Below, piece by piece: positions 28,131 through 38,144 of a stretch of 64,000 nt of DNA; positions within the stretch are counted from its first letter, which is position 1; each line of letters begins with the position of its first letter. The notes under the pieces were generated by a model. That model worked only from the letters and a program-made list of their open reading frames with translations. It was not told the DNA's origin and made no database searches. The stretch covers positions 1-64,000 of IMG/VR virus record IMGVR_UViG_3300021255_005861. One strand, 5' to 3'. Source of the stretch: a virus (lineage: Duplodnaviria > Caudoviricetes). The position numbers and the translations under genes were made by a program.

Positions 28131-29849
28131 ATGGCAGTCAGTCTAGGCGATGTTATGCAGGCTCTCCGCGCCGACGCGGGAGGAAAAGTGCCGGGGGAAC
28201 TGCCCCCCGGACTCAAGGCCACCCTCGACACGTACACGGGCTCCTACACCTCCACCATGAACGCCCTACAACGCTCCTACGACAAGGGGCTAGCCGGTTT
28301 GACCGCCAAGATAGGCGAGATGGCCGCCAAGTACGAGGCCACGGCGGTCGCCAACTCCGACGACGCCAGGGCGCTCATCCGCGAACTCCTCCTCTCCCAG
28401 AAGAACGCCAACCAGCAGCAGGAAGACCTCAACGCCCAGTGGCGCGACCTCGCCGAGTCCTACTTCCCCCAGATATCGCGCGAGCAACTCCTCAACGAGA
28501 TAGCCAAGCGAAAGGAAACGCAGAAGCGCCTCGACCTCCTCAAGCAGGAACTCGGCCTCGACAAGGAGCGCTGGGACATCGCCAAGGAGCAGAGAAAGGC
28601 CGCCATCCAGCCCCAGGTGCAGAAACTCGGCACCGAGATGGGACTCCTGGACAAGTTCGGCGGCCTCGGCAAGGACCCCGTCGTAGGAAACCTCGTCACC
28701 GCCCTCAAGGCCAACCTCCAGGGCAGGAAGGACACGCTCACGAAGGGCGCGGACAAGGACATCGCGGAGATGGAGAAGGAGCACGAGCTGCGCATGGCGG
28801 CCTTCTCCGACCTGTCGAAGCAACGCGAGCAGGACATAGGGGCGTTCCAGAAGATGGCGCAGGGCGCCTTCGCTGGCATGACCGGTACACGGGAACAGGG
28901 CGGAAAGCCCGCGGCGGCCAAGACGCCCCCCGTGGCGCGGGTACTCCCCGAGCAACCCGCCGAGCCGGCTACCGAGCCCCCCGTGGCCACACCGCAACCT
29001 CCCGTTCCCCCGTCCGAGCCCCCCGTGGCGCGGAAACTCTCCGAGCAGGCCGCCGACGAGGCCATCAACAAGATGATGGCGTCCCAGCCCGACCTACCCA
29101 CCGGGGTAGCCCCGAAGGGCGTCCCTGCAGGCAAGGCCATTGCCGTCGGCGCACTCGGCGCGAAGACCGGAGCCGTGAACCTCGGCGGCTTAGGGACAGC
29201 CCTGGGCGGCGCCATATCCAAGGGGCTCTCCTCCCTCTCCGGCGTGCTCTTCAAGGCTCTCGGTCCCCTCGACTGGCTCGTATCCATCGGGCAGAGCATC
29301 GACGGCGTCGTGCCCGTGTTCTCGTCCACGTTCGTGGCTCTCCACGACGTGCTCCGCATGGCTGGCCCCTTCCTCACGGCCCTCGCCATAGAGGGCGTCA
29401 CGACGCTTCTCACGGGCATCAACGGCATCGCCTTCGCCCTCGACGAGCTCATACACGTTCTACCCGGTATGGGCGACTCCATGCGGGAACAAGCAGAGAA
29501 GTCCGGTGCGATGGCCACGGCCCGCGCAAGGGCGCAGGCAGACGCAGAGAAGGTGGAGAAAGCGCAGGAGCAGTCCCGCGGGGGCTTCACTCCTTTCGCC
29601 CCGCTCGCCTCCGCCGGCGGCGTGACCGTATCCCGGCAGGGCGCCCCCGTCCTCGCCCGCAACGAGACCGCCCTCACCACCCCGTCCGAGGAACGCGCCA
29701 TCATGGCACCCGCTCCCGCCGCCCCCGCCCCGGCTACCCCGGACCAGTCCCCCCTCGTGTCCGCCCTCCAGCGCATAACCGCACCCCAGAACCCCGGCAC
29801 GACCGCCATATTCCCCGTCAACCCGTACCTCCAGCCCTTCGCAGTGTAG
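28131..29849 (+). CDS. tape-measure-like protein
   Basis: A/G/L-rich helical regions, hydrophobic segment, position after the chaperone. Confidence 0.6.
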   Translation: MAVSLGDVMQALRADAGGKVPGELPPGLKATLDTYTGSYTSTMNALQRSYDKGLAGLTAKIGEMAAKYEATAVANSDDARALIRELLLSQKNANQQQEDLNAQWRDLAESYFPQISREQLLNEIAKRKETQKRLDLLKQELGLDKERWDIAKEQRKAAIQPQVQKLGTEMGLLDKFGGLGKDPVVGNLVTALKANLQGRKDTLTKGADKDIAEMEKEHELRMAAFSDLSKQREQDIGAFQKMAQGAFAGMTGTREQGGKPAAAKTPPVARVLPEQPAEPATEPPVATPQPPVPPSEPPVARKLSEQAADEAINKMMASQPDLPTGVAPKGVPAGKAIAVGALGAKTGAVNLGGLGTALGGAISKGLSSLSGVLFKALGPLDWLVSIGQSIDGVVPVFSSTFVALHDVLRMAGPFLTALAIEGVTTLLTGINGIAFALDELIHVLPGMGDSMREQAEKSGAMATARARAQADAEKVEKAQEQSRGGFTPFAPLASAGGVTVSRQGAPVLARNETALTTPSEERAIMAPAPAAPAPATPDQSPLVSALQRITAPQNPGTTAIFPVNPYLQPFAV

Positions 29850-29852
29850 ACC

Positions 29853-30773
29853 ATGGAACCCATAGAATCGCTTGAATACCGAACCAACGCCCGCAGGAAC
29901 TGCTACAGGTACGGGCCGCTGTACGTCCACTCCAAGGAAATGGACAAGTCCCTCGCCGAGTACGCCTTCCCGAGCTACAGCCTCAGCAGCGACGCCGGGG
30001 GCATAGAGAAGCTCATGTCCCTGCTCTCCTCCCTCCGCGGCGCCGTCAACAGCGTGGACGCCTCCGAGAAGCTCGCCAAGCCCCTCCCCGGCGCCCAGTG
30101 GGAGGGCGACAAGTTCGAGTGGGACTTCGACCTCTCGGGGCGCATGTACACCCTGTCGTACAAGGACTACACCTCCATCCTGGCCTCCATCCGGTCGGCT
30201 GTAGCGGAGCAGGGCTGGAAGGTATATACCGGGTCCGTGGCGGGCCTTCCCGCCCAGTCCTACCTTCCCGCCCGCTCGGGCTCCGACGCCCTCTTCAACG
30301 AGGACCCCGCCGACGCCGCCTCCCGCGCCATGCTCAACTCCGCCACCTCCCGCCTCGCCGACCAGGCCAAGATACTCGCCGCCCGCGTGTCCGGCAACGT
30401 GGAGATGTACGCCGAGGCCGTGTCCCGCAACGAGGCCGCCAACGTGGGGCCGTCCGGCCTCCAGGGCTTCGGGAACGTAGGCGTCATCGGGGCGGCCTCC
30501 ATCGTACGCGACGCATACCGCGCCATCGCCGCCAACCTCAACGCCGGAACAGCCGGGAAATGGATGCACGCGGGATATCCCGTGGAGCTCATAATCGACG
30601 GCCAGTCCTACAGGGCCGCCGTCAACGCCATGATGACGTCTCTCTCCATTACCGAGGGGGGCTTCGTCGTGGACTCCACGTCGGGCGATACCGTATACCC
30701 CACGTACCTCGAGGTCCGCCTGCAGGTCAAGAACCTCTACGGCAAGCTCGCCACCAGTTCCACCACGGCATAA
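29853..30773 (+). CDS. probable baseplate/tail tube initiator protein
   Basis: C-terminal MMTSLSIT...YPTYLEVRLQVK; position. Confidence 0.55.
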   Translation: MEPIESLEYRTNARRNCYRYGPLYVHSKEMDKSLAEYAFPSYSLSSDAGGIEKLMSLLSSLRGAVNSVDASEKLAKPLPGAQWEGDKFEWDFDLSGRMYTLSYKDYTSILASIRSAVAEQGWKVYTGSVAGLPAQSYLPARSGSDALFNEDPADAASRAMLNSATSRLADQAKILAARVSGNVEMYAEAVSRNEAANVGPSGLQGFGNVGVIGAASIVRDAYRAIAANLNAGTAGKWMHAGYPVELIIDGQSYRAAVNAMMTSLSITEGGFVVDSTSGDTVYPTYLEVRLQVKNLYGKLATSSTTA

Positions 30774-30783
30774 GGACATATAT

Positions 30784-31050
30784 ATGAACGACGGAAGAGA
30801 CATAGAACGGCTACTTACGCAGAACAGCGACATGGACACGGCCATCCCCTCGTCCGCGGTATCCCTGGTGCCCCCGCGATACCCCTACCGCCCCGACCGC
30901 GTCTTCGACCGCGACGACCTGATGAAGTGGGACATGGTGCTCAACGGCATAGATACTCCCTACCGCCTCGCGCCCAACACCCCGGTCAGGCACGCCGACC
31001 GCATATCCCTCAAGACCGCCATAAAGGACCTCAAGGACTTCAAGGTATAG
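30784..31050 (+). CDS. probable baseplate wedge protein (gp53/LysM-like)
   Basis: YRPDRV...W..VLNGIDTPY motif. Confidence 0.55.
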   Translation: MNDGRDIERLLTQNSDMDTAIPSSAVSLVPPRYPYRPDRVFDRDDLMKWDMVLNGIDTPYRLAPNTPVRHADRISLKTAIKDLKDFKV

Positions 31051-31063
31051 GAGAACCCTCCCC

Positions 31064-31864
31064 ATGATCGTCTGCTCCCTCGGCAAGACCAACTCCGTAC
31101 GCGTGACCCGCGCCCTCTCCGGCCTCACCTTCTGCGAGGCCTCCATCACCGTGTCCGCATACTCCGACAGCCCTACCTTCACCCTCTCCACGGGCGGACC
31201 CGAGGAGGAATATTCCGTAACCGGGTCCGAACTGTACACCGCCCAGGGAGAGGAACCCCAGCTCAAGGTCACCGGCATGCTCTCCTCCCAGTCCCGGTGG
31301 CTAGACCCCAATCCCTGCTCCTACGACGCCACGAAGATACGCGACGCCCTCAAGAACCTCGGCATAGACGGCGGCTCCGATACCCCCGTGACCTTCATGT
31401 CCCTCGCCCTTACGAGAGGGCAGCTCGCCATAACCCTCGCCAACATGGGGTCGTCCCCCACGCTCCTCGACTTCGAGCGCAACACCGCCAGGTCCTACGC
31501 CGACTACTACAAGGCCAAGCCGGTAACCCCCGGCGCCTCCTTCCGCCGCACTATAGGCAGACCCGTCACCGCCGCCTACCTCGGCACGGACGAGGCCAAC
31601 TACGCCGACTTCCCCGAGATGTTCCAGACCCTCCTTCCCTTCGGCCTCAACGCCGACCTCGACCGCCTCTCCATAGAGAACCTCGCCCACAACCTCAACG
31701 CCCTGTCCTCCCTCATGGCCGACCTCCAGGCCTTCTCCTCCCCGAACGAGTATCCCTTGGGTACTACCGTCCTCTCCCCGATAACCTACGACCGCAAGGT
31801 AATCGTCGCCTCCCAGTCCGATTACGCCGAGAACGCCTCCTTCCACTCCTACTACTGCGCATAA
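31064..31864 (+). CDS. probable baseplate hub protein
   Basis: position in the tail operon. Confidence 0.45.
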   Translation: MIVCSLGKTNSVRVTRALSGLTFCEASITVSAYSDSPTFTLSTGGPEEEYSVTGSELYTAQGEEPQLKVTGMLSSQSRWLDPNPCSYDATKIRDALKNLGIDGGSDTPVTFMSLALTRGQLAITLANMGSSPTLLDFERNTARSYADYYKAKPVTPGASFRRTIGRPVTAAYLGTDEANYADFPEMFQTLLPFGLNADLDRLSIENLAHNLNALSSLMADLQAFSSPNEYPLGTTVLSPITYDRKVIVASQSDYAENASFHSYYCA

Positions 31865-31922
31865 GTTTTTCGTAAGATTTTAGTCCTAAACCTTCCCGAA
31901 TATTGTATATTTACGAATGTAT

Positions 31923-32312
31923 ATGGAAAACCCTAACGAACACATACCGGTCCCGCAGTCCGACCTCGACGCCCTCCGCGCCAAGACGGCCAAGAAGATG
32001 CTCAATATTACCGCCCGCATGGTGGACAGTATCGACAACCTCTCCTTCCGCCTCGACGCCATCGACAACGCCCTCGGACAGCGCAATTTGGACGAGATGT
32101 CCCCGCAGGAGCTCATCGCGATGTTCAACCAGGCCCGCGACTCCTTCAGGCTCCGCCAGGACTTCCTCAAGGCCCTCTCGGGCTACGAGGCCGATACCTC
32201 CAAGGTGCCCGTGGACACCGACGTGGACGGCAGGGACAACTCCGTGTCCGAGGAGGACGCGGAACGTATCAAGGCACAAATACTAGGCCAAGAGGTGAAA
32301 CATGAGAATTAA
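31923..32312 (+). CDS. helical hypothetical protein
   Basis: ORF after an AT-rich promoter-like gap. Confidence 0.6.
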   Translation: MENPNEHIPVPQSDLDALRAKTAKKMLNITARMVDSIDNLSFRLDAIDNALGQRNLDEMSPQELIAMFNQARDSFRLRQDFLKALSGYEADTSKVPVDTDVDGRDNSVSEEDAERIKAQILGQEVKHEN

Positions 32313-32805
32313 GGTACACGAGAAGAACTCCCCCGAGACCGTCCAGTACTACAAGGACGTATGCGACCTGCTGTCGGGCACTTTCTCCGACTGCCGCATC
32401 CGCAGCAACTTCCCGTTCCTGCTCATCGACGAGGGGCGATTCCCCTCCAAGGACGTGCTCGGCGACCAGTACTACGCCACGACCCGCCTCAAGACCAACG
32501 ACCCGGTAGTGCGCCTGCAGGTCAATATGGGCCCGAAGCACGGGTTTATCAAGGAATTTGAAATCCATGGTACGCCCGAGGACATGGCCGAGGACATCGC
32601 CCTGACCATCGAGGACAAGATGCCCGAGTTGTGGAAGCACTTTGACGAGGACTACGACGAGGCCATCAAGAAGCAGTTCGGGGGCCTCTACACACACTTC
32701 TACGACAAGTACCTCGACGTTATTGAGGAGTACAAGAAGCAGATGATGCCCCCTTCCGATATCCGCAGGGAAGTGGACAAACTGATAGACAGGGATTCAG
32801 ACTAG
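32302..32805 (+). CDS. putative internal head protein
   Basis: N-terminal MRIKVHE signal shared with genes near the capsid. Confidence 0.5.
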   Translation: MRIKVHEKNSPETVQYYKDVCDLLSGTFSDCRIRSNFPFLLIDEGRFPSKDVLGDQYYATTRLKTNDPVVRLQVNMGPKHGFIKEFEIHGTPEDMAEDIALTIEDKMPELWKHFDEDYDEAIKKQFGGLYTHFYDKYLDVIEEYKKQMMPPSDIRREVDKLIDRDSD

Positions 32806-32883
32806 GAGGTAGACTCTAGTACGAGATAACATATATAAAGATGGATAAAGGTATTGCAAAAATGAAGTAGAATATGTATTTTA

Positions 32884-33222
32884 TATCAAGAAATCGCTGT
32901 CCGTAAGATGCGAAACACGAGTTGGTGAATGTCGTAATTATGGCGAGGAGAACCCATCGCCGTCCAGCGTTTGAGTGTTAGCGGCAAGGGCAGGTAGAGT
33001 TTCTTGATACCGGCGATGCCCGCCGGGAATCAGCCCCGCAAGGGGCGCAACGCAACCCGAGATCGGGGCTCTGGCTTCTTCCGTAAGGATTAAGTGAAAC
33101 CCTGGTCGATGAAGGTCGATGAAGGTCGGTGTAGGCCGGAGCCCGCAAGGGCGAGGGCTACGCACCGGGCGGCTTGATAGGGAGCCGTTTGAATCAAGTG
33201 CCCGGTCTGACCGGCGCACCAT
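32884..33222 (+). ncRNA. candidate structured non-coding RNA (~340 nt)
   Basis: TTGCAA-N17-TATTTT promoter; multiple GNRA-type hairpins; long-range TATCAAGAAA/TTTCTTGATA pairing; no credible ORF. Confidence 0.65.
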
Positions 33223-33426
33223 AATATAACCAAGTATGGGACAGCCTATACCTTCCTATACGTTTTATGAGGCAGATAACTGATAATGGATAAGAGATTC
33301 TTTGCCGGGCTTAACCTGGCCGACGCGGTTGAGGGGCAGAACGTCCTGCCCATCCTGGAACTCGAAATCGAGACGGACTGCATCCTGGATGCAACCACGG
33401 GTCTCGCAATCTAGACGGTGGCGCGC

Positions 33427-34188
33427 ATGGAACCGACAATTTACAAACCGAGCGCGTACAAGACACCCGGAGTGTACAAGGGCGCGGGAGGCATATACAA
33501 CGGGCGCGGTATTTACAAGTATAACGAAAATGTAATAGTATATGAAGATTTATTGTTCTGCATGTACGGAAATAAAGAAAATTCTAGGTTTATTGCTGAT
33601 TATTCCGTAGGTCCATTATATTATAGTAACTACAATTCCGCGTTGTTACGAACGGCAGAAGTTAGAAAAGATGTGCTACCAATAGGCGAAGTACCTATAA
33701 TTTATTTGTATGATGTAAAATCAAATTTTGATTATTATACAGAAAATTTTGTATTTGATATAGACGGGTTTACAATTGATTTTTATATAAAAACTCCGTG
33801 GGCGTCTGGAACAGAACGTACAAAAATAGCTTTTCTAGGTTTACGAAATGCCTCAAACGTCCGGTCTGCTTTTATTTTTGGCCCTTTTGTCAACGGGATA
33901 TATTACAATCCTGGAACTGGTGGAAAAAATATAACTACGCAACAGGGCGCGGCAGGGTGGAATCATTGGGAATTGGACTTTGATACTAATACACGTTCAC
34001 TAACCTATTACTTAAATGGAGTACTTACAAAACAGGTTACAATTTCATTGAGTGATATAAAACAAATAGACTTGGCTGGTGTTTCTCTTGAATCCAATCA
34101 CCCTGAAACTTATGTTTCACAAGTGGCCATGTGGAAAAAGAAAATGAATGGAGCTTGTTTTCAAATGGGGAAATATTTTAACGTATAA
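33427..34188 (+). CDS. G/Y-rich leader plus ConA/LamG-like beta-sandwich protein
   Basis: GFTIDFYIK...GWNHWEL...YYLNGVL...VSQVAMW; AT-rich body. Confidence 0.7.
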   Translation: MEPTIYKPSAYKTPGVYKGAGGIYNGRGIYKYNENVIVYEDLLFCMYGNKENSRFIADYSVGPLYYSNYNSALLRTAEVRKDVLPIGEVPIIYLYDVKSNFDYYTENFVFDIDGFTIDFYIKTPWASGTERTKIAFLGLRNASNVRSAFIFGPFVNGIYYNPGTGGKNITTQQGAAGWNHWELDFDTNTRSLTYYLNGVLTKQVTISLSDIKQIDLAGVSLESNHPETYVSQVAMWKKKMNGACFQMGKYFNV

Positions 34189-34346
34189 AACGCGAACCCC
34201 GCTCCAACAAGTGACGCGGAGCCCAACGATTCAAGTTGCTGGTTAGGTCGGCACAAAGAACATAGCGTTTAAATAGCACACTCCGTTACAGGACTATTTA
34301 ACGCGACCGGGTTTTTAAACGTGGCTCAAAAAGCTCGGAGTTTGTT

Positions 34347-36507
34347 CTATCCACGCCACACCACGGTGCGCTTGGCGGACTCTTTATGCTCCCACCTGTG
34401 CGCCAGCAGCCACACGGCGTCCTCCAGTTTATCGTACTCCAGCGGGGCTATAGCCTCGTATCCCACATACCCCCACACGCCGTGCCACCACAGCATCCAC
34501 ACCTGGGGACGATACATGTCCCCCACCTTCAGCACCCGCTTGGGCAGTTTCCGCATTAGCCAATTAGTCATACAGGTATCCTACATTTATTTTCAGTTTT
34601 GATTTCTTGAAGGTTTCGGGGCTATCCTTGCACATGGTCGCTATGCCACGTTCCGCCCCTTTTCGTGTCCTAAAAGATGATACGTGTATGAGAGAACCTC
34701 CGATACGCCAGTATACGTTATATATCTTTGTATTCATAGTTCCTCCCCAAACGTATCCCGTATCAGTTGCCGTAACTCGTCCTTAGTGTCCACCACATAT
34801 GTCTCGACGTACGCATTTTGCAGAGTGCTCTTAATGAGAATGTCTTCGGAAATGCCATGCGAGTAGTTGTGGCATCCCCACGTCAAGCTGATATAATGCC
34901 CGTCGTGAAGCGTTGCATAGTCGATGTCCGGATATGCAGTCCATTCCCAGTCAGCCGGTATGTACTGGAGGCTACTATTGGCCACTACCTCACGACATAC
35001 TGATTCGAAGTCCTTCTCGGATATGTGGTGTATGTAGTTCACCATTGCCGCTCCTTGGAGGCCACCTTGAAGGCTCTCTTCAGTTCATCGGCAAGTTCGT
35101 ACTCGTAGTTGCCGGACAGCCCCCCGTTAATCCGTATGTCCCCGCAGATCCGCATGAAGGAATCCTGGAATCGGTCGAAGTCGAAGTGCTCCTCGAATTC
35201 ATCGGGCAATTCTATTATAAGTTTCATTTCGCCTCCTTGTCCATTACATCATACCCCCAGCTTGTGTTCCTGGAACACCGCGTCTATGCGGCTGAACGCC
35301 ATAAGTACGAAGTTGGCGAAGTCCACCTCGGATAATGTCTCCACGTTGTAGCACGTTGGACAGTCCAGTTTCGCTATGAACTCCCGTGCCTGCTCCTCTG
35401 TGCTGAAGAAGCGCAGCATCTCTCTATCGTAGTATCTTACGCCGTATATCATTTTGCCTCCTCGCCCGATATCGGGGCGGTGGCTATGTCCATAGGCTGG
35501 TCGGTGTTGAGCAGGTAGTCCGCATAGGGGTACCGGTTGTCGAGCCAGTACGACTTCCCGCACCCGTCGCAGGCGTGCAGCCAGCAAAGGGGATCGCGGG
35601 ACATATCCGACCGTACGTACCGCAGGATAGCCCCGCAGTTGTCGCAGAGGGCTTCCTTGAGGATAGGGGTGCACCGGTAATACTTGGTTTTCATTTCGCC
35701 ATCTCCTTGTAGTGCTTTGCAAGTTCTAGCCAACGCTTGTGCCACTTTTCATAAAAAGAAAATTTTGGATTGCACTCAGGCGGACAAGTTGTCATAACAC
35801 CATAGCGATCCGCTATACCTGAAATCATATATCCATTTTTAATAGCATCTACCTTATCCTTGTACCACTTCGCCATCGCCATGCACCGCTTGTACTTACT
35901 ATGACCTAGAGCATCAACAGCATTATTAAAATTTATAGCCATACTCCTATCTCTAAGGAGTAACTCTGTAACTTTATCCTTCAATTGGTCTATCTCTTTT
36001 TCCAATTCCGCAATCACCTTGTCGGCTTCACGTTTCAAATAGACCGCAGTCTGCATATCTTCGGGGCGAGCCTCGTCAAGCGACATTGTTTCAATGTCAT
36101 AGACCAACGGCACAAGCCCTCGGTATTTTTCAAGAGCCTTTGCTACTTCATCCATTACTAACCTCCTTTGGAGCAGATGGCATAGGCATCCAATACGCTA
36201 CACCATAGGAATAAAATGAAAAGTCCATCTTTTGTCGGTCTTTACAATATGTCCATTTGTCAGCGTTCCTGAAACCACTTGAGCCGCAAATGATGTAGTA
36301 TCCTTCCTCGTTAGGCTTTTCATCTGGGAACTTTCTCCAGCGCTGTTCTTCTTTCAGTTCAGCAATCACCTTGTCGGCTTCAGACTTGAGGTAGAACAGG
36401 TTATCATCCAAGTGAAGGTCGTCTATATCACCAGCCTCACGCTCAACTTGCTCTACTGCCCAGTAGATTCGCTCACTGTTAAATGGTTTCAGGTCGTTCA
36501 TTTCCAT
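34347..36507 (-). CDS. cluster of about 8 small hypothetical genes (34347-34571, 34734-35045, 35039-35227, 35449-35694, 35691-36155, 36148-36507 and others)
   Basis: tightly packed, overlapping starts/stops; two share YLK.EADKVIAEL. Confidence 0.6.
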
Positions 36508-36603
36508 TCTTCCTTTATTTCTACTTTCACGTGTTCTTCATTTAACGAAGGGGCAAGGAGTCTTACGGCGAATGTTGAAAATTTGTTTAACGCATATTTT
36601 CTT

Positions 36604-38061
36604 GTGAACTACCCACAGCCTAAAAGGCTGTGAGCTTCGAGTTTTCGCTTCGACGGAGCCACTTGTACTAACCCAGCAGAACTGGGAAGCATAGAGGAGG
36701 CTACCTCAGCGGAGGCGTGTTCCACGCACTCAGCACGTTTAGTCGTGCCAAACAAAAGTACATTACAGGCGGAATGCCAGTCTCTGGGCTTGGTGTATCC
36801 GCAATCACAATGATATGTGCGTTCATCCAACCCAATCTGATTGACTGCACCGCATACCGGACACATCTTGGTTGTCGGCAACCACTTTGACAGCACGAAT
36901 GCACGGTCTGCCTTGGCCAGCATCTTAATGCGCTGTTTAAGGGCACCCATGCAAGAGTGCTGGACTTGCTTGCCGAACCACGTCTGGTGCCAGTTATTGA
37001 TTTGCTCGTCCTGTATGTAGATGACATCGTAGTTGGACACAAGGTCGTGGTAGATTTTGTTGCAGATGTCCTTGCGGACATTCGCAACATGTTCATGCTC
37101 ACGGGCAAGCTGCTTCCTACAGTTCCATCGCCGCTTGGAGTCCTTCTCTTTCTTGTGCCTGTTTAGCATCTTGCTCAGGTACTTCAGGTACTCGGTTTCT
37201 TGCACTTTGCAATCGTAGGTCTTGTTGTCCGATGTCGTTATCGTGTTCTTAATGCCGAAGTCCAGTCCGACACTCTTGCGGGTGCGGTTCCTCGGTTCCT
37301 TCGGTAGCATTACGCTAATCTTTACGTAGTAGCCAGATGCCTTCCTGATTAGCTTGGCATCGGCTATCTCATATTCCTCAAACTCTATCTGATGCAACCC
37401 GTTCACCTTCAGCTTCCTGAATCCAGGAATTGTGATGTGGCTTGCATCCAGAATCTTCGTAAAACCCGTAATGATGGGGATGCAGTTCACTTCCGACTTG
37501 AACTTCAATGCACCAACCTTGATTCCTTTCTTCTTGGCTTTTGCAAGGTTGATGATGTCTGTCTTCTTCTGTGCCACGGTAGCTCTATGGAGCACTGATG
37601 GCAAAGTAATCGGTGAATTGACCGGTTTCTTGTCCTTGTCGTAGTGGACTACATCCTTGTGCTCGGTGTACTTGTAATCGAACATGCTGTTGTCTGGGTT
37701 ATCTTTCGACAAGGACAGCATGTCGTTGACTACCCACTTAGCTTCCTTGAAACATTGGGCCAGCTTCTCGAACACCGATTTCGGGTTGTGCCGTATAGAA
37801 ACTTTAAGCTCGAATACTCGGCATATCTGCGACTTACGACGGGCATGGGTCTCAGCCATGCTCGCCTTAATCCTTGCCTTCGTATCTTCGCTTCTTACCA
37901 GTTCCATATCAAGTTTCTTGACTATACTTATAGTTTAGACGGTTTACTCAATAAATATATCTATTTTTAACGGGTATGAAATGTTATTTATTTCTTACAT
38001 TTGCTATCGGCGGGTCTTACCCACGCCCTAAAGGGCGTGAGCTTGCGACCGCCTATTTGTC
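36604..38061 (-). mobile_element. IS200/IS605-family (IS1341-type, tnpB-only) insertion
   Basis: minus strand: TTTGA|CAAATAGG left end with hairpin CACGCCCTTTAGGGCGTG; right hairpin CACAGCCTTTTAGGCTGTG then GTAGTTCAC. Confidence 0.85.
36609..37907 (-). CDS. tnpB: TnpB RNA-guided endonuclease
   Basis: RuvC-I GLDFGIK, IQDE, CPVCG/CDCG zinc ribbon, RuvC-III RDWHSACN. Confidence 0.92.
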   Translation of the reverse strand: MELVRSEDTKARIKASMAETHARRKSQICRVFELKVSIRHNPKSVFEKLAQCFKEAKWVVNDMLSLSKDNPDNSMFDYKYTEHKDVVHYDKDKKPVNSPITLPSVLHRATVAQKKTDIINLAKAKKKGIKVGALKFKSEVNCIPIITGFTKILDASHITIPGFRKLKVNGLHQIEFEEYEIADAKLIRKASGYYVKISVMLPKEPRNRTRKSVGLDFGIKNTITTSDNKTYDCKVQETEYLKYLSKMLNRHKKEKDSKRRWNCRKQLAREHEHVANVRKDICNKIYHDLVSNYDVIYIQDEQINNWHQTWFGKQVQHSCMGALKQRIKMLAKADRAFVLSKWLPTTKMCPVCGAVNQIGLDERTYHCDCGYTKPRDWHSACNVLLFGTTKRAECVEHASAEVASSMLPSSAGLVQVAPSKRKLEAHSLLGCG

Positions 38062-38144
38062 AAACGCCGATATCAGTTCCTCGTGGTTCATTCCCGTCCA
38101 TTTCACGGCCTTTACGGCCATATTTTTAGTATGCACTACCATCC

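Noticed and set aside
22929-31846. Long minus-strand ORFs over the tail operon (also 57237-58874 and 53806-54762)
   Set aside because: Antisense shadows of strongly C3-biased genes; no RBS or motifs
31923-32312. Terminase small subunit
   Set aside because: Size and helicity fit, but there is no diagnostic motif and no adjacent large subunit
33160-33222. tRNA or tmRNA (ends in CACCA, GTTTGAATC resembles a T-loop)
   Set aside because: No cloverleaf or acceptor stem with correct spacing; no tRNA gene was recognised anywhere in the window
37680-37699. Orphan omega-RNA guide matching tnpB (GAACATGCT)
   Set aside because: Only 9 contiguous matches, expected by chance in this much sequence, and no matching TAM
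36604-38061. IStron (group I intron plus IS)
   Set aside because: Only about 150 nt lie between the left end and tnpB; no group I core is visible
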